64,000 nt of DNA from Pedosphaera parvula Ellin514 (lineage in GTDB: Bacteria > Verrucomicrobiota > Verrucomicrobiia > Limisphaerales > JADJPG01), in NCBI GenBank assembly GCA_943332515.1, contig CALQPR010000001.1, forward strand, positions 43,598 through 107,597, given 5' to 3'. A program made the translations under genes and the position numbers. The first letter of the stretch is position 1. Every line of letters begins with the position of its first letter. The notes under the pieces are model-generated. The model did not search any database, was not told where the DNA came from, and saw only the letters and a program-made list of their open reading frames with translations. Shown in pieces: positions 26,821-36,503 of this stretch.

Positions 26821-27762
26821 ATGGCATTTGACCGGCAGGGGCTGGCGCAGCGGGTGCAGGAACTGGCGTCCAAGGGCGTGTTCATCGGGACATCCTCCTG
26901 GAAATACGAGGGCTGGCGCGGCCAGCTCTACGACGAGGCGCGCTATGTGTATCGCGGCAAGTTCGCGCGCACGCGGTTCGAGCGGCTGTGCCTGGCGGAG
27001 TATGCGGAGGTGTTCAAGACCGTATGCGTGGATGCGGCCTACTATGCCTTTCCGCGCCGAGAGTATCTGGAAGGCCTGGCCGATCAGGTGCCGGAGGATT
27101 TCCGTTTCGGGTTCAAGGTCACGGACGAAATCACCACGAGGAAGTTTCCCAACCTCGAACGCTTCGGCGCGAAGGCGGGCCAGACGAACCGTGATTTTCT
27201 GAACGCGGATATGTTCGCCACGGCGTTCCTCAAACCGTGCGAATTCATCCGGCCCAAGATCGGCGTGCTGATGTTCGAGTTCTCGCGCTTCTACCCGAGC
27301 GACTACGAACATGGGCGGGAGTTCGTGGCAGACCTCGACGCGTTTCTGGGCAAGCTGCCGAAAGGCTGGCCCTACGCGGTGGAAATGCGGAACAAGCACT
27401 GGCTGGCGCCGGAATATTTTGAGTGTCTCGCCAGGCACGGTGTCACGCATGTGTTCAACTCGTGGGAGGCGATGCCGCCGGTGCCGGACCAGATGGCGTT
27501 GACGGGCAGTCGTCCGAATCCGGAACTGGTGGCTGCGCGGTTTCTGCTCAAGCCGGGCCGCAAGTATGAGGATGCGGTGAAGAACTTTCAGCCCTACGAC
27601 CAGACGAAGGAGATTTTTCTGGAGGCCCGCGCCGCCGGGCGCGCGTTGATTCAGGAAGGCGAACGCTACGAGCCGCGGCGCAAGACCTACCTCTACGTAA
27701 ACAACCGGCTGGAAGGAAACGCGCTGGCGACGATTGCGGCGATGGTTGAGTTGGTGGCGTAA
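26821..27762 (+). CDS. DUF72 (UPF0759) family protein
   Basis: FIGTSSWKYEGWRGQLY..., FKTVCVDAAYYAFP and FRFGFKV are typical DUF72 blocks. Confidence 0.8.
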   Translation: MAFDRQGLAQRVQELASKGVFIGTSSWKYEGWRGQLYDEARYVYRGKFARTRFERLCLAEYAEVFKTVCVDAAYYAFPRREYLEGLADQVPEDFRFGFKVTDEITTRKFPNLERFGAKAGQTNRDFLNADMFATAFLKPCEFIRPKIGVLMFEFSRFYPSDYEHGREFVADLDAFLGKLPKGWPYAVEMRNKHWLAPEYFECLARHGVTHVFNSWEAMPPVPDQMALTGSRPNPELVAARFLLKPGRKYEDAVKNFQPYDQTKEIFLEARAAGRALIQEGERYEPRRKTYLYVNNRLEGNALATIAAMVELVA

Positions 27763-28049
27763 TGAGCGACACGAATTTCACGGATCAGGACGGATGCGGG
27801 AGGGGGAACAGCAACTTCGGATCGAGAACAACAGCCTCTAAAACCGGAGACCCCAACATTTGCGGCAGGGATGAAGCCCTCCTGGAAAACAGTTGCTCGC
27901 AAGGATTTGGTTTCCCACATAGGCAACGGAAGCATCGAAGGGATCGAAAACGCCCTCCCGCTCAGTCGCGCGCTTTTTCGTGCTGGTTCCAAACATCAGC
28001 TTGGCAATGGCCGGAAGACACCGAACCGAACCCAGCAACGCCGTTGGCA

Positions 28050-28463
28050 TTACCGGGCGCCCAGCGCGTAGTGGAAGAGATAGGCCTGCTCATCCCAGCG
28101 GTGATCGGGACTCGCGTCGCACTGGATGGGATGGCCCACGGAACCGATCGGATAGGGGCGCTGGTTGAGAAAGCAGGTGGGAAGCTGGTTTGGAATCCTG
28201 GTGGGCAGCTTTCGGGTGGCCCACATCGGGGTCACCTGATGCATGGAGGCCAGGAGCTCAGTGCCAGAAGGAATGTCGTCGGGAGCCTTGTGATTCACCG
28301 TGGCCCACTGGCGTTTGGCTGATTCGATCCACATCTGGTTAAAGGTGCAGGAATTCATGCTCATCGTGCTTCGAGCCCGGACATAATTCGGGATCGCGAT
28401 GGCGGCCCGAGGGGAGACACGCATTTCACGAAGAGTGACGAATGCGGGAAGCGGAGCGAACAA
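28050..28463 (-). CDS. Hypothetical protein resembling the C-terminal module of PVC prepilin-like proteins, without the N-terminal pilin helix
   Basis: C-x2-N-x3-I-x2-AK-x2-WA (CTFNQMWIESAKRQWA) and ...PIGSVGHPIQC pattern. AT-richer region; weak support. Confidence 0.35.
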   Translation of the reverse strand: MFAPLPAFVTLREMRVSPRAAIAIPNYVRARSTMSMNSCTFNQMWIESAKRQWATVNHKAPDDIPSGTELLASMHQVTPMWATRKLPTRIPNQLPTCFLNQRPYPIGSVGHPIQCDASPDHRWDEQAYLFHYALGAR

Positions 28464-28592
28464 TAAGAAGACCCCGTTACGACCGGCACGTTTCAGGATC
28501 GTCCGCGCAAAAACTGAATTTCATGGTTCCGGCAGCGTCGACCAGAGACTAAACCCATCGTAACCACTGCAAACCTGCGATTCCATTTTGCC

Positions 28593-29942
28593 ATGAAAAC
28601 CGTTTTTAGCCGCCGCAGTTTCCTCTCCAAATCGGCGAAGGCCGGGGCCGGACTTCTGATTCTCCGCAACAGCAAGCTGGCCTTTGCCTACGAGGCGAAC
28701 AGCAAACTGAACATTGCCGGAATCGGGGTTGGTGGCCAGGGCCGGGGCAGTCTTGATGCGTTTCATCGCATGGGAAACAATCTGGTCGCGTTCTGCGACG
28801 TGGATGCCAAGCGGGCGGGCGACATCTACCAGAAACATCCGGCGGCAAAGCGCTACCAGGATTTCCGCAAGATGTTCGATGAGATGGAAAAGGGGATCGA
28901 CGCCGTGCTGGTCGCGACACCGGACCACACGCACGCCGTCGCCGCGGTGGCGGCCATGAAGCTGGGCAAACACGTCTATTGTGAAAAGCCGCTGACGCGC
29001 ACGGTCCACGAAGCGCGGGTCATGCGGGAGACCGCTGCGCGACACAAGGTGGTCACGCAGATGGGCAACCAGGGTTCCGCCGAGCGACGCCTCCGCCGGG
29101 CCGTCGAACTGGTGTGGGGAGGTGTCATCGGTGAGGTCCGTGAGGCCCACGTCTGGTTTGATGGCGGAAACGGCCCGATGAAGCGCCCGACCGAGACCCC
29201 GCCGGTTCCGGACGGATTGAGCTGGGATCTGTGGCTGGGCCCGGCTGAGAGCCGTCCTTACAACCCCGCCTACGTGCCCGCGAGCTGGCGCGCGTGGCGC
29301 GCATTTGGCAGCGGCATCGTCGGGGATTTTGCCTGCCACACCGCCAACATCATGTTCCGCGCGCTGCATTTGGAACAGCTCTGGCAGAAGTCGATGAATC
29401 CCGGAGCGAGCAAGGTGGTGATCCGGCTCCAGGCCTGGCCCTCCGAAGTCGATCTGGAAGGCTATCCGAGTTCGATGAAAGTGGTGATGGAGCTGCCTGC
29501 GCGCGGGACTTTGCCGCCGGTGAAATTGACATTGTATGCGAAGGAAAAACCGCCTGAAGATTTGATGCTCGGTTACAAGCGGGGCGGCTGGGGAGATTTG
29601 CTGGTTGGATCGAAAGGATCGATTTATTCCGACAATCCGTGGAATGCCCAATACGTCATGCTGCCGGAGAAACAGTTTGAAGACTTCAAGGGCGGGCCGC
29701 CGGAATCGCTGCCGCGCGTTCAGAGCCACCAATGGGAATGGATCGAAGCGTGCAAAGGCAACGGGAAGACCTTCTCGAGTTTTGACATGGGCGGCCCGCT
29801 CACGGAACTGGCCCAGCTCGCCAACCTGGCGACGCTGGTGGAAGGCGCGATTGAATACGACACACTCAGCGGCAAAATCCTGAACTCAAAGCCCGCCAGC
29901 CATCTGCTCCATCGCGAATACCGCAAGGGCTGGTCGCTCTGA
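28593..29942 (+). CDS. Gfo/Idh/MocA family oxidoreductase with Tat signal
   Basis: SRRSFLSKSAKAGAGLLIL leader; IAGIGVGGQGRG Rossmann motif; YCEKPL. Confidence 0.9.
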   Translation: MKTVFSRRSFLSKSAKAGAGLLILRNSKLAFAYEANSKLNIAGIGVGGQGRGSLDAFHRMGNNLVAFCDVDAKRAGDIYQKHPAAKRYQDFRKMFDEMEKGIDAVLVATPDHTHAVAAVAAMKLGKHVYCEKPLTRTVHEARVMRETAARHKVVTQMGNQGSAERRLRRAVELVWGGVIGEVREAHVWFDGGNGPMKRPTETPPVPDGLSWDLWLGPAESRPYNPAYVPASWRAWRAFGSGIVGDFACHTANIMFRALHLEQLWQKSMNPGASKVVIRLQAWPSEVDLEGYPSSMKVVMELPARGTLPPVKLTLYAKEKPPEDLMLGYKRGGWGDLLVGSKGSIYSDNPWNAQYVMLPEKQFEDFKGGPPESLPRVQSHQWEWIEACKGNGKTFSSFDMGGPLTELAQLANLATLVEGAIEYDTLSGKILNSKPASHLLHREYRKGWSL

Positions 29943-30020
29943 ACGGCTCGAAGCAAATCGCCTTTGAAGCAGCGGGTGAAGACACGCATTGCGCGACGGA
30001 GCACGAAGGGCTGCCAAGGG

Positions 30021-30338
30021 TCAGTGGGTGCGGCAGGCCGGGCAGAGGAAGCGGGTCCCGTCGAAGTAGGTGTCGCGGACGGGGAGTTCTCGACCGCAGG
30101 GATCGCAGGACTCACTGACCTCGCGCGGCTCCAGGGGGACGGCGACCCAGACCACGCCGAGATCCCGCTGGGCTTGTTCCAACTGCCGGGCCACTTGATC
30201 GCCGTGATAATCGAAAACGTGCGCCATAGCTCGATCGGCGGTGAGCGCCCATTTTCCTCCCGAGCTGGAGAGGTAGTGCCCGTGGCAGTCGCGGATAAAG
30301 ACCCGGATGATGTCGGAGGCGCTCACCCCGTCAGGCAA
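30021..30338 (-). CDS. Hypothetical small protein with C-terminal zinc ribbon
   Basis: 105-aa ORF ending in CDPC-x19-CPAC. No other motif recognised. Confidence 0.5.
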   Translation of the reverse strand: MPDGVSASDIIRVFIRDCHGHYLSSSGGKWALTADRAMAHVFDYHGDQVARQLEQAQRDLGVVWVAVPLEPREVSESCDPCGRELPVRDTYFDGTRFLCPACRTH

Positions 30339-30645
30339 TCATCCGGGAGCGGGTTGCGCAATCGATTTCCGGGATTAAGCGGCAGGCGGGAGACACCCAG
30401 TGCACGTGCCTCGAGGTTCGCCGCCGGAGTGTCCTTCCGACTCGGAAGGACTGTCGCCCTCATTTCGCCCTGTTCCACGCGCTCCAGTATGTGAGTGACG
30501 CCGCTCGTGCGCAGAACAATCTGAACCCATTTGATGAATCGCTTTGGATGATGTTTTGAGAAGCCGAAAACGCCAGGATAAGGACTTGTCTCAGCGGAAA
30601 GACTTGAGGGATCAGGGCCTCTTGAAGCTTGTCGTTCCAGCCGTC

Positions 30646-32448
30646 TCACCAGCCGATCTTCCGTCCTTTGTTCTGCTCTTCGAGCCACTTCATCAACGGC
30701 TCGAAATACGCGATCATCGCCGAGCCATCCATCTGACGGCTGCCGGTGAAGGCTTCAAGCGCATCTGGCCAGGGCTTTGACGAACCCATCGCCAGCATCT
30801 TGTTCAAGCGTTCGCCCACCGCCTTGTTGCCGTAGAAGGAGCAGCGGTGCAGCGGACCTTTCCAGCCGGACTGTTCGGCGGCGGCCTTGTAGAATTGGAA
30901 CTGGAGGAGGCGCGCGAGGAAGTAGCGGGCGTAAGGCGTGTTGCCGGGAATGTGATACTTCGCACCGGGATCAAAGGCCGTCGCCGGACGATCCGCCGGC
31001 GGCACGATTCCCTGATAGCGCAGACGCAGCGCGGTCCAGTCCGCCTGATAATCGCCGGGCTTCGTCGCGCCGCTGAAGACGCCCCAGCGCCATTTGTCCA
31101 TCAGCAGGCCGAAGGGCAGGAACGCCACCTTGTCCATCGCCTGCCGCAACAGCAAGCCGATGTCCTTGTCTGCGCTCGGCACCTTAGACGCATCGAGCAG
31201 TCCGACCTGCACCAGATACTCGGGCGTGATCGACAGCGCGATGAAGTCCCCGATCGCTTCGTGGAATCCGTCGTGCGCTCCGCTCAGGTAGAGGAACGGC
31301 TGCTGGTTGTAGGCGCGCTGATAGTAGTTGTGGCCCAGCTCGTGATGAATCACCACGAAGTCGTCGCCGTTGACCTTGATGCACATCTTGATTCGGAGGT
31401 CGTCCTTGTTGTCGATGTCCCATGCGGACGCATGGCAGACGACTTCGCGGTCGCGCGGCTTGGTGAATTGCGACCGTTCATAAAACGTGGCGGGCAACGC
31501 CGGCAAACCAAGGGAGGTGTAGAAACCCTCGCCCGCCTTCACCATCTTGATGGGATCGTAGCCCTTCGCCGCGAGCAACGCCGTGACATCGTAGCCGACA
31601 TCCCCCACGCCCTTGGGCGCGACGAGGTCGTAGATGTTGCCCCATTCCTGAGCCCACATGTTGCCGAGCAAGTCAGCGCGGATCGGTCCGGTCGCTGACT
31701 GCACCTTCGCGCCGTAATGCTCGTGCAGCTTCGCCCGCACGTAGCAATGGAGCTGGTCGTAGAGCGGCTTCACCTGCATCCACAGGCGATCCATCTCGCG
31801 GGCAAATTCATCGGCGGACATGTCATAGCCCGACCGCCACATCGCGCCCACGTCGCCGTAGCCGAGATCCTTCGCGCCTTCATTGGCGATGCTCGCCAGC
31901 CGCGCATAATCGTCGCGCATCGGTGCGCCGACATTGTTGTGCCAGCTCGTCCACATCTCCTTGAGCTTCTCGGGGTCGCGTCCTGAGCCCATCATTTCCT
32001 CGATGTCAGAGCCATTGATCGGCTTGCCATCGAGCGTGCCCTTGCCCTTGCCGTATTGGGACTGGAGCCGCGTGGCGATGGTGCTGAGCTCGGCGGCGGC
32101 GCCCGGCTTTTCCGGAGCGGGCAACACGATCCCTTGCTTCAAGAAATTGAGCTTCCTCCGCACGTCGAAGGACAGCCCCTTCACGCCGTCGAACTTCGCC
32201 GCGCCCTTGGCGAGCCGGACGCTTCGCTCCGTCCCGCGAGCGCCGAACTCCGCCGCGAGCGCATCGGTATCGTCGGTGAGATAGGTGCTGTTGATCCATT
32301 CCGCGCGACTGGCCAGCACCGCGTGAGCGGCCAGTTCCTTTTCGGCCTGGGTGATGAAGGCATCGGCATCCGTCGCCGTTTGGGCGAAGGCCGGGACGGA
32401 CAACATCAGCATGACCGCAAGCGCAACGCGCAATATCGAGTTCCTCAT
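30646..32448 (-). CDS. Peptidase M2 family peptidyl-dipeptidase (bacterial angiotensin-converting-enzyme homolog), secreted
   Basis: HHELGHNYYQ (HExxH) and HEAIGDF downstream glutamate motif; signal peptide; ~600 aa as in bacterial ACE homologs. Confidence 0.9.
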   Translation of the reverse strand: MRNSILRVALAVMLMLSVPAFAQTATDADAFITQAEKELAAHAVLASRAEWINSTYLTDDTDALAAEFGARGTERSVRLAKGAAKFDGVKGLSFDVRRKLNFLKQGIVLPAPEKPGAAAELSTIATRLQSQYGKGKGTLDGKPINGSDIEEMMGSGRDPEKLKEMWTSWHNNVGAPMRDDYARLASIANEGAKDLGYGDVGAMWRSGYDMSADEFAREMDRLWMQVKPLYDQLHCYVRAKLHEHYGAKVQSATGPIRADLLGNMWAQEWGNIYDLVAPKGVGDVGYDVTALLAAKGYDPIKMVKAGEGFYTSLGLPALPATFYERSQFTKPRDREVVCHASAWDIDNKDDLRIKMCIKVNGDDFVVIHHELGHNYYQRAYNQQPFLYLSGAHDGFHEAIGDFIALSITPEYLVQVGLLDASKVPSADKDIGLLLRQAMDKVAFLPFGLLMDKWRWGVFSGATKPGDYQADWTALRLRYQGIVPPADRPATAFDPGAKYHIPGNTPYARYFLARLLQFQFYKAAAEQSGWKGPLHRCSFYGNKAVGERLNKMLAMGSSKPWPDALEAFTGSRQMDGSAMIAYFEPLMKWLEEQNKGRKIGW

Positions 32449-32608
32449 GCGCCGACCCTAGCCGTGCCAAATCGCCGCGGTCAAGATGGCGGATATCGCA
32501 TTGCCGTCCGCAACGCAAACGGAGGCGCATCGCCAGTGTCAGGGTTGCGTGTAATCGCAATGCCGATTCCTGATTTACTCTGACGCCGCGCTTCCTAGAC
32601 TTGCCTGC

Positions 32609-33712
32609 ATGATTACCGGCAAAGCTTCCGTGCTCGAACAGTTCAAGGCGCCGCTCCAGCTGCGTCAGTATCCGATTCCAGCCAAGCCGGAGCCGGGCGC
32701 GGCGCTCGTGCGCACGATCATGGCGGGGATTTGCGGGACGGACGTGCATCTGTGGAAGGGCGAGCTGCCCATCACGCTGCCGGTGATTCTCGGGCACGAG
32801 ACGGTCGGGCGGATCGAGCAGCTCGGTGAAGGCTTGGAGAAGGACTGGACCGGACAGCCGCTCAAGGTTGGTGACCGCGTGACTTGGACTTCCTCGACCT
32901 CGTGCGGGGAATGTTATTACTGCCGCGAGAAGCATCAGCCGACGCGTTGTGCCCAGCGTCGCGCCTACGGCATCGGTTATCGCTGCGATCAAGCGCCGCA
33001 TTTCCTTGGCGGCTATGCGGAATATCATTACCTCCAGCCGCGCGTGAACATTTTCAAGATCGCGGACGACCTTCCGACGGAAGCAGTGGTGGGCGCCGGC
33101 TGTGCGTTGAACACCGCCATTCACGGCGTGGAACGCACGGGCATCGCATGGCGCGACAACGTCGTGGTGCAAGGCGCGGGTCCGGTCGGCATCGCGGCGC
33201 TCGCCGTGGCCAAGAGCGCGGGCGCGGGACAGGTGATCGTGCTCGGTGCGCCAAAGCATCGTCTCGAAATGGCGAAGCGTTTCGGAGCCGATCATGTCAT
33301 CGACATCGAGGAAGTGAAGACGCCGGCGGATCGCATTGCGGCCGTGCGCGCGCTCACCGGTGGCTATGGCGCAGACGTGGTGTTGGAATGCGTCGGCTCG
33401 CCCACCGCCATCGGCGAAGGCATGGAGATGTGTCGTGACGGCGGCAAATATCTCGTGCTCGGTCACTATTGCGACGCCGGTCCGGTTTCGTGGAATCCAC
33501 ACGTCGTCACCCGCAAGCAGCTCACGGTCATCGGCTCCTGGTCCTACGAGCCACGGCATCTGCGCATGGCGCTGGAGTTCATGCGCGCGACGCAGCAGCA
33601 GTTTCCCTTCGCCGAGATGGTCACGCACCGCTTCACGTTGGAACAAGCGAACGAAGCGCTGGCGACGACGGCGAGTTGGAAGGCAGCCAAGAGCGTGCTC
33701 GTGCCGGGCTGA
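32609..33712 (+). CDS. Zinc-dependent alcohol dehydrogenase family (MDR) oxidoreductase
   Basis: GICGTDVHLWKGE and GHETVG catalytic-zinc motifs; structural-zinc cysteines (CGECYYC...C); VQGAGPVGIAA Rossmann motif. Confidence 0.9.
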   Translation: MITGKASVLEQFKAPLQLRQYPIPAKPEPGAALVRTIMAGICGTDVHLWKGELPITLPVILGHETVGRIEQLGEGLEKDWTGQPLKVGDRVTWTSSTSCGECYYCREKHQPTRCAQRRAYGIGYRCDQAPHFLGGYAEYHYLQPRVNIFKIADDLPTEAVVGAGCALNTAIHGVERTGIAWRDNVVVQGAGPVGIAALAVAKSAGAGQVIVLGAPKHRLEMAKRFGADHVIDIEEVKTPADRIAAVRALTGGYGADVVLECVGSPTAIGEGMEMCRDGGKYLVLGHYCDAGPVSWNPHVVTRKQLTVIGSWSYEPRHLRMALEFMRATQQQFPFAEMVTHRFTLEQANEALATTASWKAAKSVLVPG

Positions 33713-33714
33713 GT

Positions 33715-34215
33715 ATGTTTGTTCTCGAATCACCACGGCTGACGTTTCGTCATCTGGCTCCGGGTGATTTGGGCGACCTCGCTGCGCTGCACGCCGATTC
33801 GGAGGTCATGCGCTTTCTGGGTGGAGTCAGGACGCGTGATGCGAGTTGGGAGAGCTTGCAGCGCATTCGCCGCAGCTACGTCGGGAATCGCTTCGGGCTC
33901 TACGCCTCGGCGTTTAAGGCGGATGGCCGGTTCATCGGGCGCTGCGGGTTCATCCGCTGGAACATTGAGGGCATTTCTGAAATCGAAGTTGCCTACGCCC
34001 TGGCTCGCGACTATTGGGGCAGGGGACTGGCGACCGAGGCGGCTCGAGCGCTCGTTCGTTACGGCTTTGGTCAGCTCAAGGCACGCAGATTGATTTCGCT
34101 CATCCATCCGGAGAACGAACGTTCCATTCGCGTGGCAGAAAAGGCCGGACTGAAGTTTGAACGTGAAGCGGTGGTGAACGGGATTCGCATCCATCTCCAC
34201 GCCGCCAGCGCCTAG
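33715..34215 (+). CDS. GNAT family N-acetyltransferase (RimJ/RimL-like)
   Basis: LESPRLTFRHLAPGD start, EVAYALARDYWGRGLATEAARALVRYGF, ENERSIRVAEKAGLKFE. Confidence 0.85.
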   Translation: MFVLESPRLTFRHLAPGDLGDLAALHADSEVMRFLGGVRTRDASWESLQRIRRSYVGNRFGLYASAFKADGRFIGRCGFIRWNIEGISEIEVAYALARDYWGRGLATEAARALVRYGFGQLKARRLISLIHPENERSIRVAEKAGLKFEREAVVNGIRIHLHAASA

Positions 34216-34357
34216 TTAGCGATAGGGGAATAGAAGTAATTCTCCGCCGCGCCACGGTCCGTATTTGTCCTACCCTCCCAGGCATCCTTCGCCCGTGATT
34301 TCGATTTTACATCGAGTGCGCCCGTGTATCCTTGGCCCCCCGGCTTGACTCCAGATT

Positions 34358-35014
34358 ATGCAGACCAAAGTCATCGAACTGCGCCAGTTGCTCGCGGAAC
34401 GCTTTACGAACGCGCGCCGGACGGGTGTTTCCAGCCTTGCCGACGTGGTGCCGTCGGGCGTCGCGACGTTGGATGGCTTGCTCGATGGCGGCTTGCCTCG
34501 CGGCGGTTTCACGGAACTCGTCGCTGAAGGTCACGGCTCCGGCAGCGCGCAGTTCCTGCATCTCTGGCTCCAACGCGTCGCGGCGGACGGCCAATTCCTC
34601 GCGCTGATCGATGGTGCGGACAGCTTCGATGCGACGACGGAAGCGCCCGAAGTTCTCGCGCGCCTGCTCTGGGTGCGTTGCCGCAAGGCCGACGAAGCGC
34701 TTCAAGCCGCCGACATCATTCTGCGCGACCGCAACTTCCCGCTCGTCGCGCTCGATCTGCGGATGAATCCGCCCGCGCAGCTGCGGAAGATTTCCTCCGC
34801 AGTCTGGCATCGCTTCAAGCGGCTCCTTGAACAATCTCAAGCCACGGTCGTGGTCGTGACGTCTCAGCCGTTGGTCAGCGGAGCGAGTTGCCGCGTGCGC
34901 GTGGAGGCCGGGCTCGGGCTGGAAGCGTTGAAGGAATCGCGGCTGGAGAAGCGCCTGCGGTTCACGTTGCTGCGCCAGGCGGGTTTGGAAACGGGCGCAG
35001 CTCAGGCCGGATGA
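34358..35014 (+). CDS. imuA: ImuA (RecA/SulA-like component of the ImuA-ImuB-DnaE2 mutasome)
   Basis: SGVATLDGLLDGGLPRGGFTELV..., LALIDGADSFD, LLWVRC. Sits directly upstream of imuB with a 3-nt gap. Confidence 0.8.
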   Translation: MQTKVIELRQLLAERFTNARRTGVSSLADVVPSGVATLDGLLDGGLPRGGFTELVAEGHGSGSAQFLHLWLQRVAADGQFLALIDGADSFDATTEAPEVLARLLWVRCRKADEALQAADIILRDRNFPLVALDLRMNPPAQLRKISSAVWHRFKRLLEQSQATVVVVTSQPLVSGASCRVRVEAGLGLEALKESRLEKRLRFTLLRQAGLETGAAQAG

Positions 35015-35017
35015 ACC

Positions 35018-36490
35018 ATGTTCGCCGTCGTTCACATCCCGCGTTTCGCGTTGCAAGCTGCGCTGCGGCATCAGCCGGAACTGTGGCCGAAGCCGGTCGC
35101 TCTCATCGACCCGGATCAAACCACGCCGCGCGTGGTCGAGGTGAACGATGTCGCGCTGAAGTCCGGCATCGCGCTCGGCCAGACCGCGACGCAGGCGCTC
35201 GCCCGCTGTCGTGACGTCATTATTCGTCATCGTTCGCTGAAGCAGGAAGCGGCGTCCACGCAGGCCGTGCTGCAATCCGCCGACAGTTTTTCGCCCCACA
35301 TCGAGGCCACCGCGCCCGGTGTCTGCACGCTCGATCTGCGTGGGCTCACAGTCTTGAAGAACGCGGATGCAGCGAAGGTCGCGGCGTGGGCGGCGCGGCT
35401 GCGCGAATCGATCGTTCGGCTGAACCTGCGTCCGCGCGTGGGCATCGGGCCGACGCCGAACGTCGCACGACACGCGGCGCGCTGGACGGAGACGGTCGAA
35501 ATCGTCGGCGACGCGCGCGCGTTCATCGCGACGCTGCCGGTCGCGGCGCTGGAGCCGTCGAGCGACGTGGAGTTGATCCTGCACAAGTGGGGCATTCGCA
35601 CGGTGGGCGAACTGATCGCGCTCGGGCAGGAAGCGCTGGCGGATCGGTTGGGGCTGGAGGCGTTCGCGCTTTTCGCTGCTGCATCGGATAATTCCGTGCG
35701 CCTGCTCAAGCTCGTGCGACCGGAGGAACGCTTCGAGGAGTCGTTCGACTTCGAGCAACCCGTCGAGACGATGGAGCCGCTGTTGTTCCTGTTGAGACGG
35801 TTCGTGGATCAGATCGGGCAACGACTGGAAACCACCGGTTTCGTGGCGGAGTTGGTGACGTTGCGGCTGCGGTTGGACTCCGGCGAAGTCATCGAGCGCC
35901 GACTGCGCGTGCCACAGCCGACGCGCGAAGCGAACGTGCTGTTCCGCATGTTGCAGACGCATCTGGAGTCGCTGCGCACGGAGTCGTCCATCGTGATGGT
36001 GGCGTTGACGGCGGAGCCGACGCGACCGCAGCAAAAGCAGTTCGGCCTGTTCGAAGTGGCGTTGCGCGATCCGCAGCAGTTCCAGGAAACGCTCGCGCGA
36101 CTGAGCGCGCTGGTCGGCGCGGAACGCGTCGGCACGCCGGTGGTGGAGGACACGCATCGGCCGGACGCCTTCAAGCTGGTGCCGCCGGATTTCGAGAACG
36201 CGCCAGTGCCGGTGAAGGCTGCGAATCTTCTGGCGACGACACCGATCCGGCGCTTGCGTCCGGCGCTCGCGGCTCAGGTGGAAGGCGAGAAAACGCCGGT
36301 GGAGCTTCAGTGTTCCATCGCGAACGGGAAGCTGAAGATCGCGGTCGGGCCGTGGCGCAGTTCCGGTCAATGGTGGGAGGCGGGCAAGGTGTGGTCGCGC
36401 GATGAGTGGGACGTGGCGACGCGCGACGGCAAGGTGCTGCGTTTGGTGAAACGTCCGGATGGCTGGTTCGTGGAAGGGATGTTGGACTAG
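35018..36490 (+). CDS. imuB: ImuB (catalytically inactive Y-family polymerase-like protein)
   Basis: MFAVVHIPRFALQAALRHQPELW... N-terminus typical of ImuB; ~490 aa; located in the imuA/dnaE2 context. Confidence 0.85.
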   Translation: MFAVVHIPRFALQAALRHQPELWPKPVALIDPDQTTPRVVEVNDVALKSGIALGQTATQALARCRDVIIRHRSLKQEAASTQAVLQSADSFSPHIEATAPGVCTLDLRGLTVLKNADAAKVAAWAARLRESIVRLNLRPRVGIGPTPNVARHAARWTETVEIVGDARAFIATLPVAALEPSSDVELILHKWGIRTVGELIALGQEALADRLGLEAFALFAAASDNSVRLLKLVRPEERFEESFDFEQPVETMEPLLFLLRRFVDQIGQRLETTGFVAELVTLRLRLDSGEVIERRLRVPQPTREANVLFRMLQTHLESLRTESSIVMVALTAEPTRPQQKQFGLFEVALRDPQQFQETLARLSALVGAERVGTPVVEDTHRPDAFKLVPPDFENAPVPVKAANLLATTPIRRLRPALAAQVEGEKTPVELQCSIANGKLKIAVGPWRSSGQWWEAGKVWSRDEWDVATRDGKVLRLVKRPDGWFVEGMLD

Positions 36491-36503
36491 AACAGAGCTT
36501 TGA

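Noticed and set aside
26719-27450. N-terminal extension of the M50 protease ORF (track ORF 25783-27450)
   Set aside because: It is antisense to the DUF72 gene and not protease-like. The M50 family N-terminus (LFRFSGIQVYLHWSW) begins just after GTG 26718.
27763-28049. Small ORFs (27762-28322 +, 27838-28050 -, 27693-27992 -) after the DUF72 gene
   Set aside because: They overlap one another in different frames, have odd composition and no motifs. The region is AT-richer and is better described as non-coding or decayed sequence.
30323-30688. 121-aa minus-strand ORF upstream of the zinc-ribbon ORF
   Set aside because: Its 5' part overlaps the 3' end of the M2 peptidase gene, its composition is not convincing, and it has no motif. 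It is treated as non-coding leader sequence.
32006-33736. 576-aa minus-strand ORF over the alcohol dehydrogenase gene and part of the M2 peptidase gene
   Set aside because: Shadow ORF. It is Arg-rich with no motifs and overlaps two strongly supported genes.
34216-34357. LexA/SOS box upstream of imuA
   Set aside because: I scanned for TGTTC-N4-GAACA and for CTGT-N8-ACAG and GAAC-N4-GTTC types and found none. Only a weak TACAT…GTGTA pseudo-palindrome is present. I cannot claim an operator.
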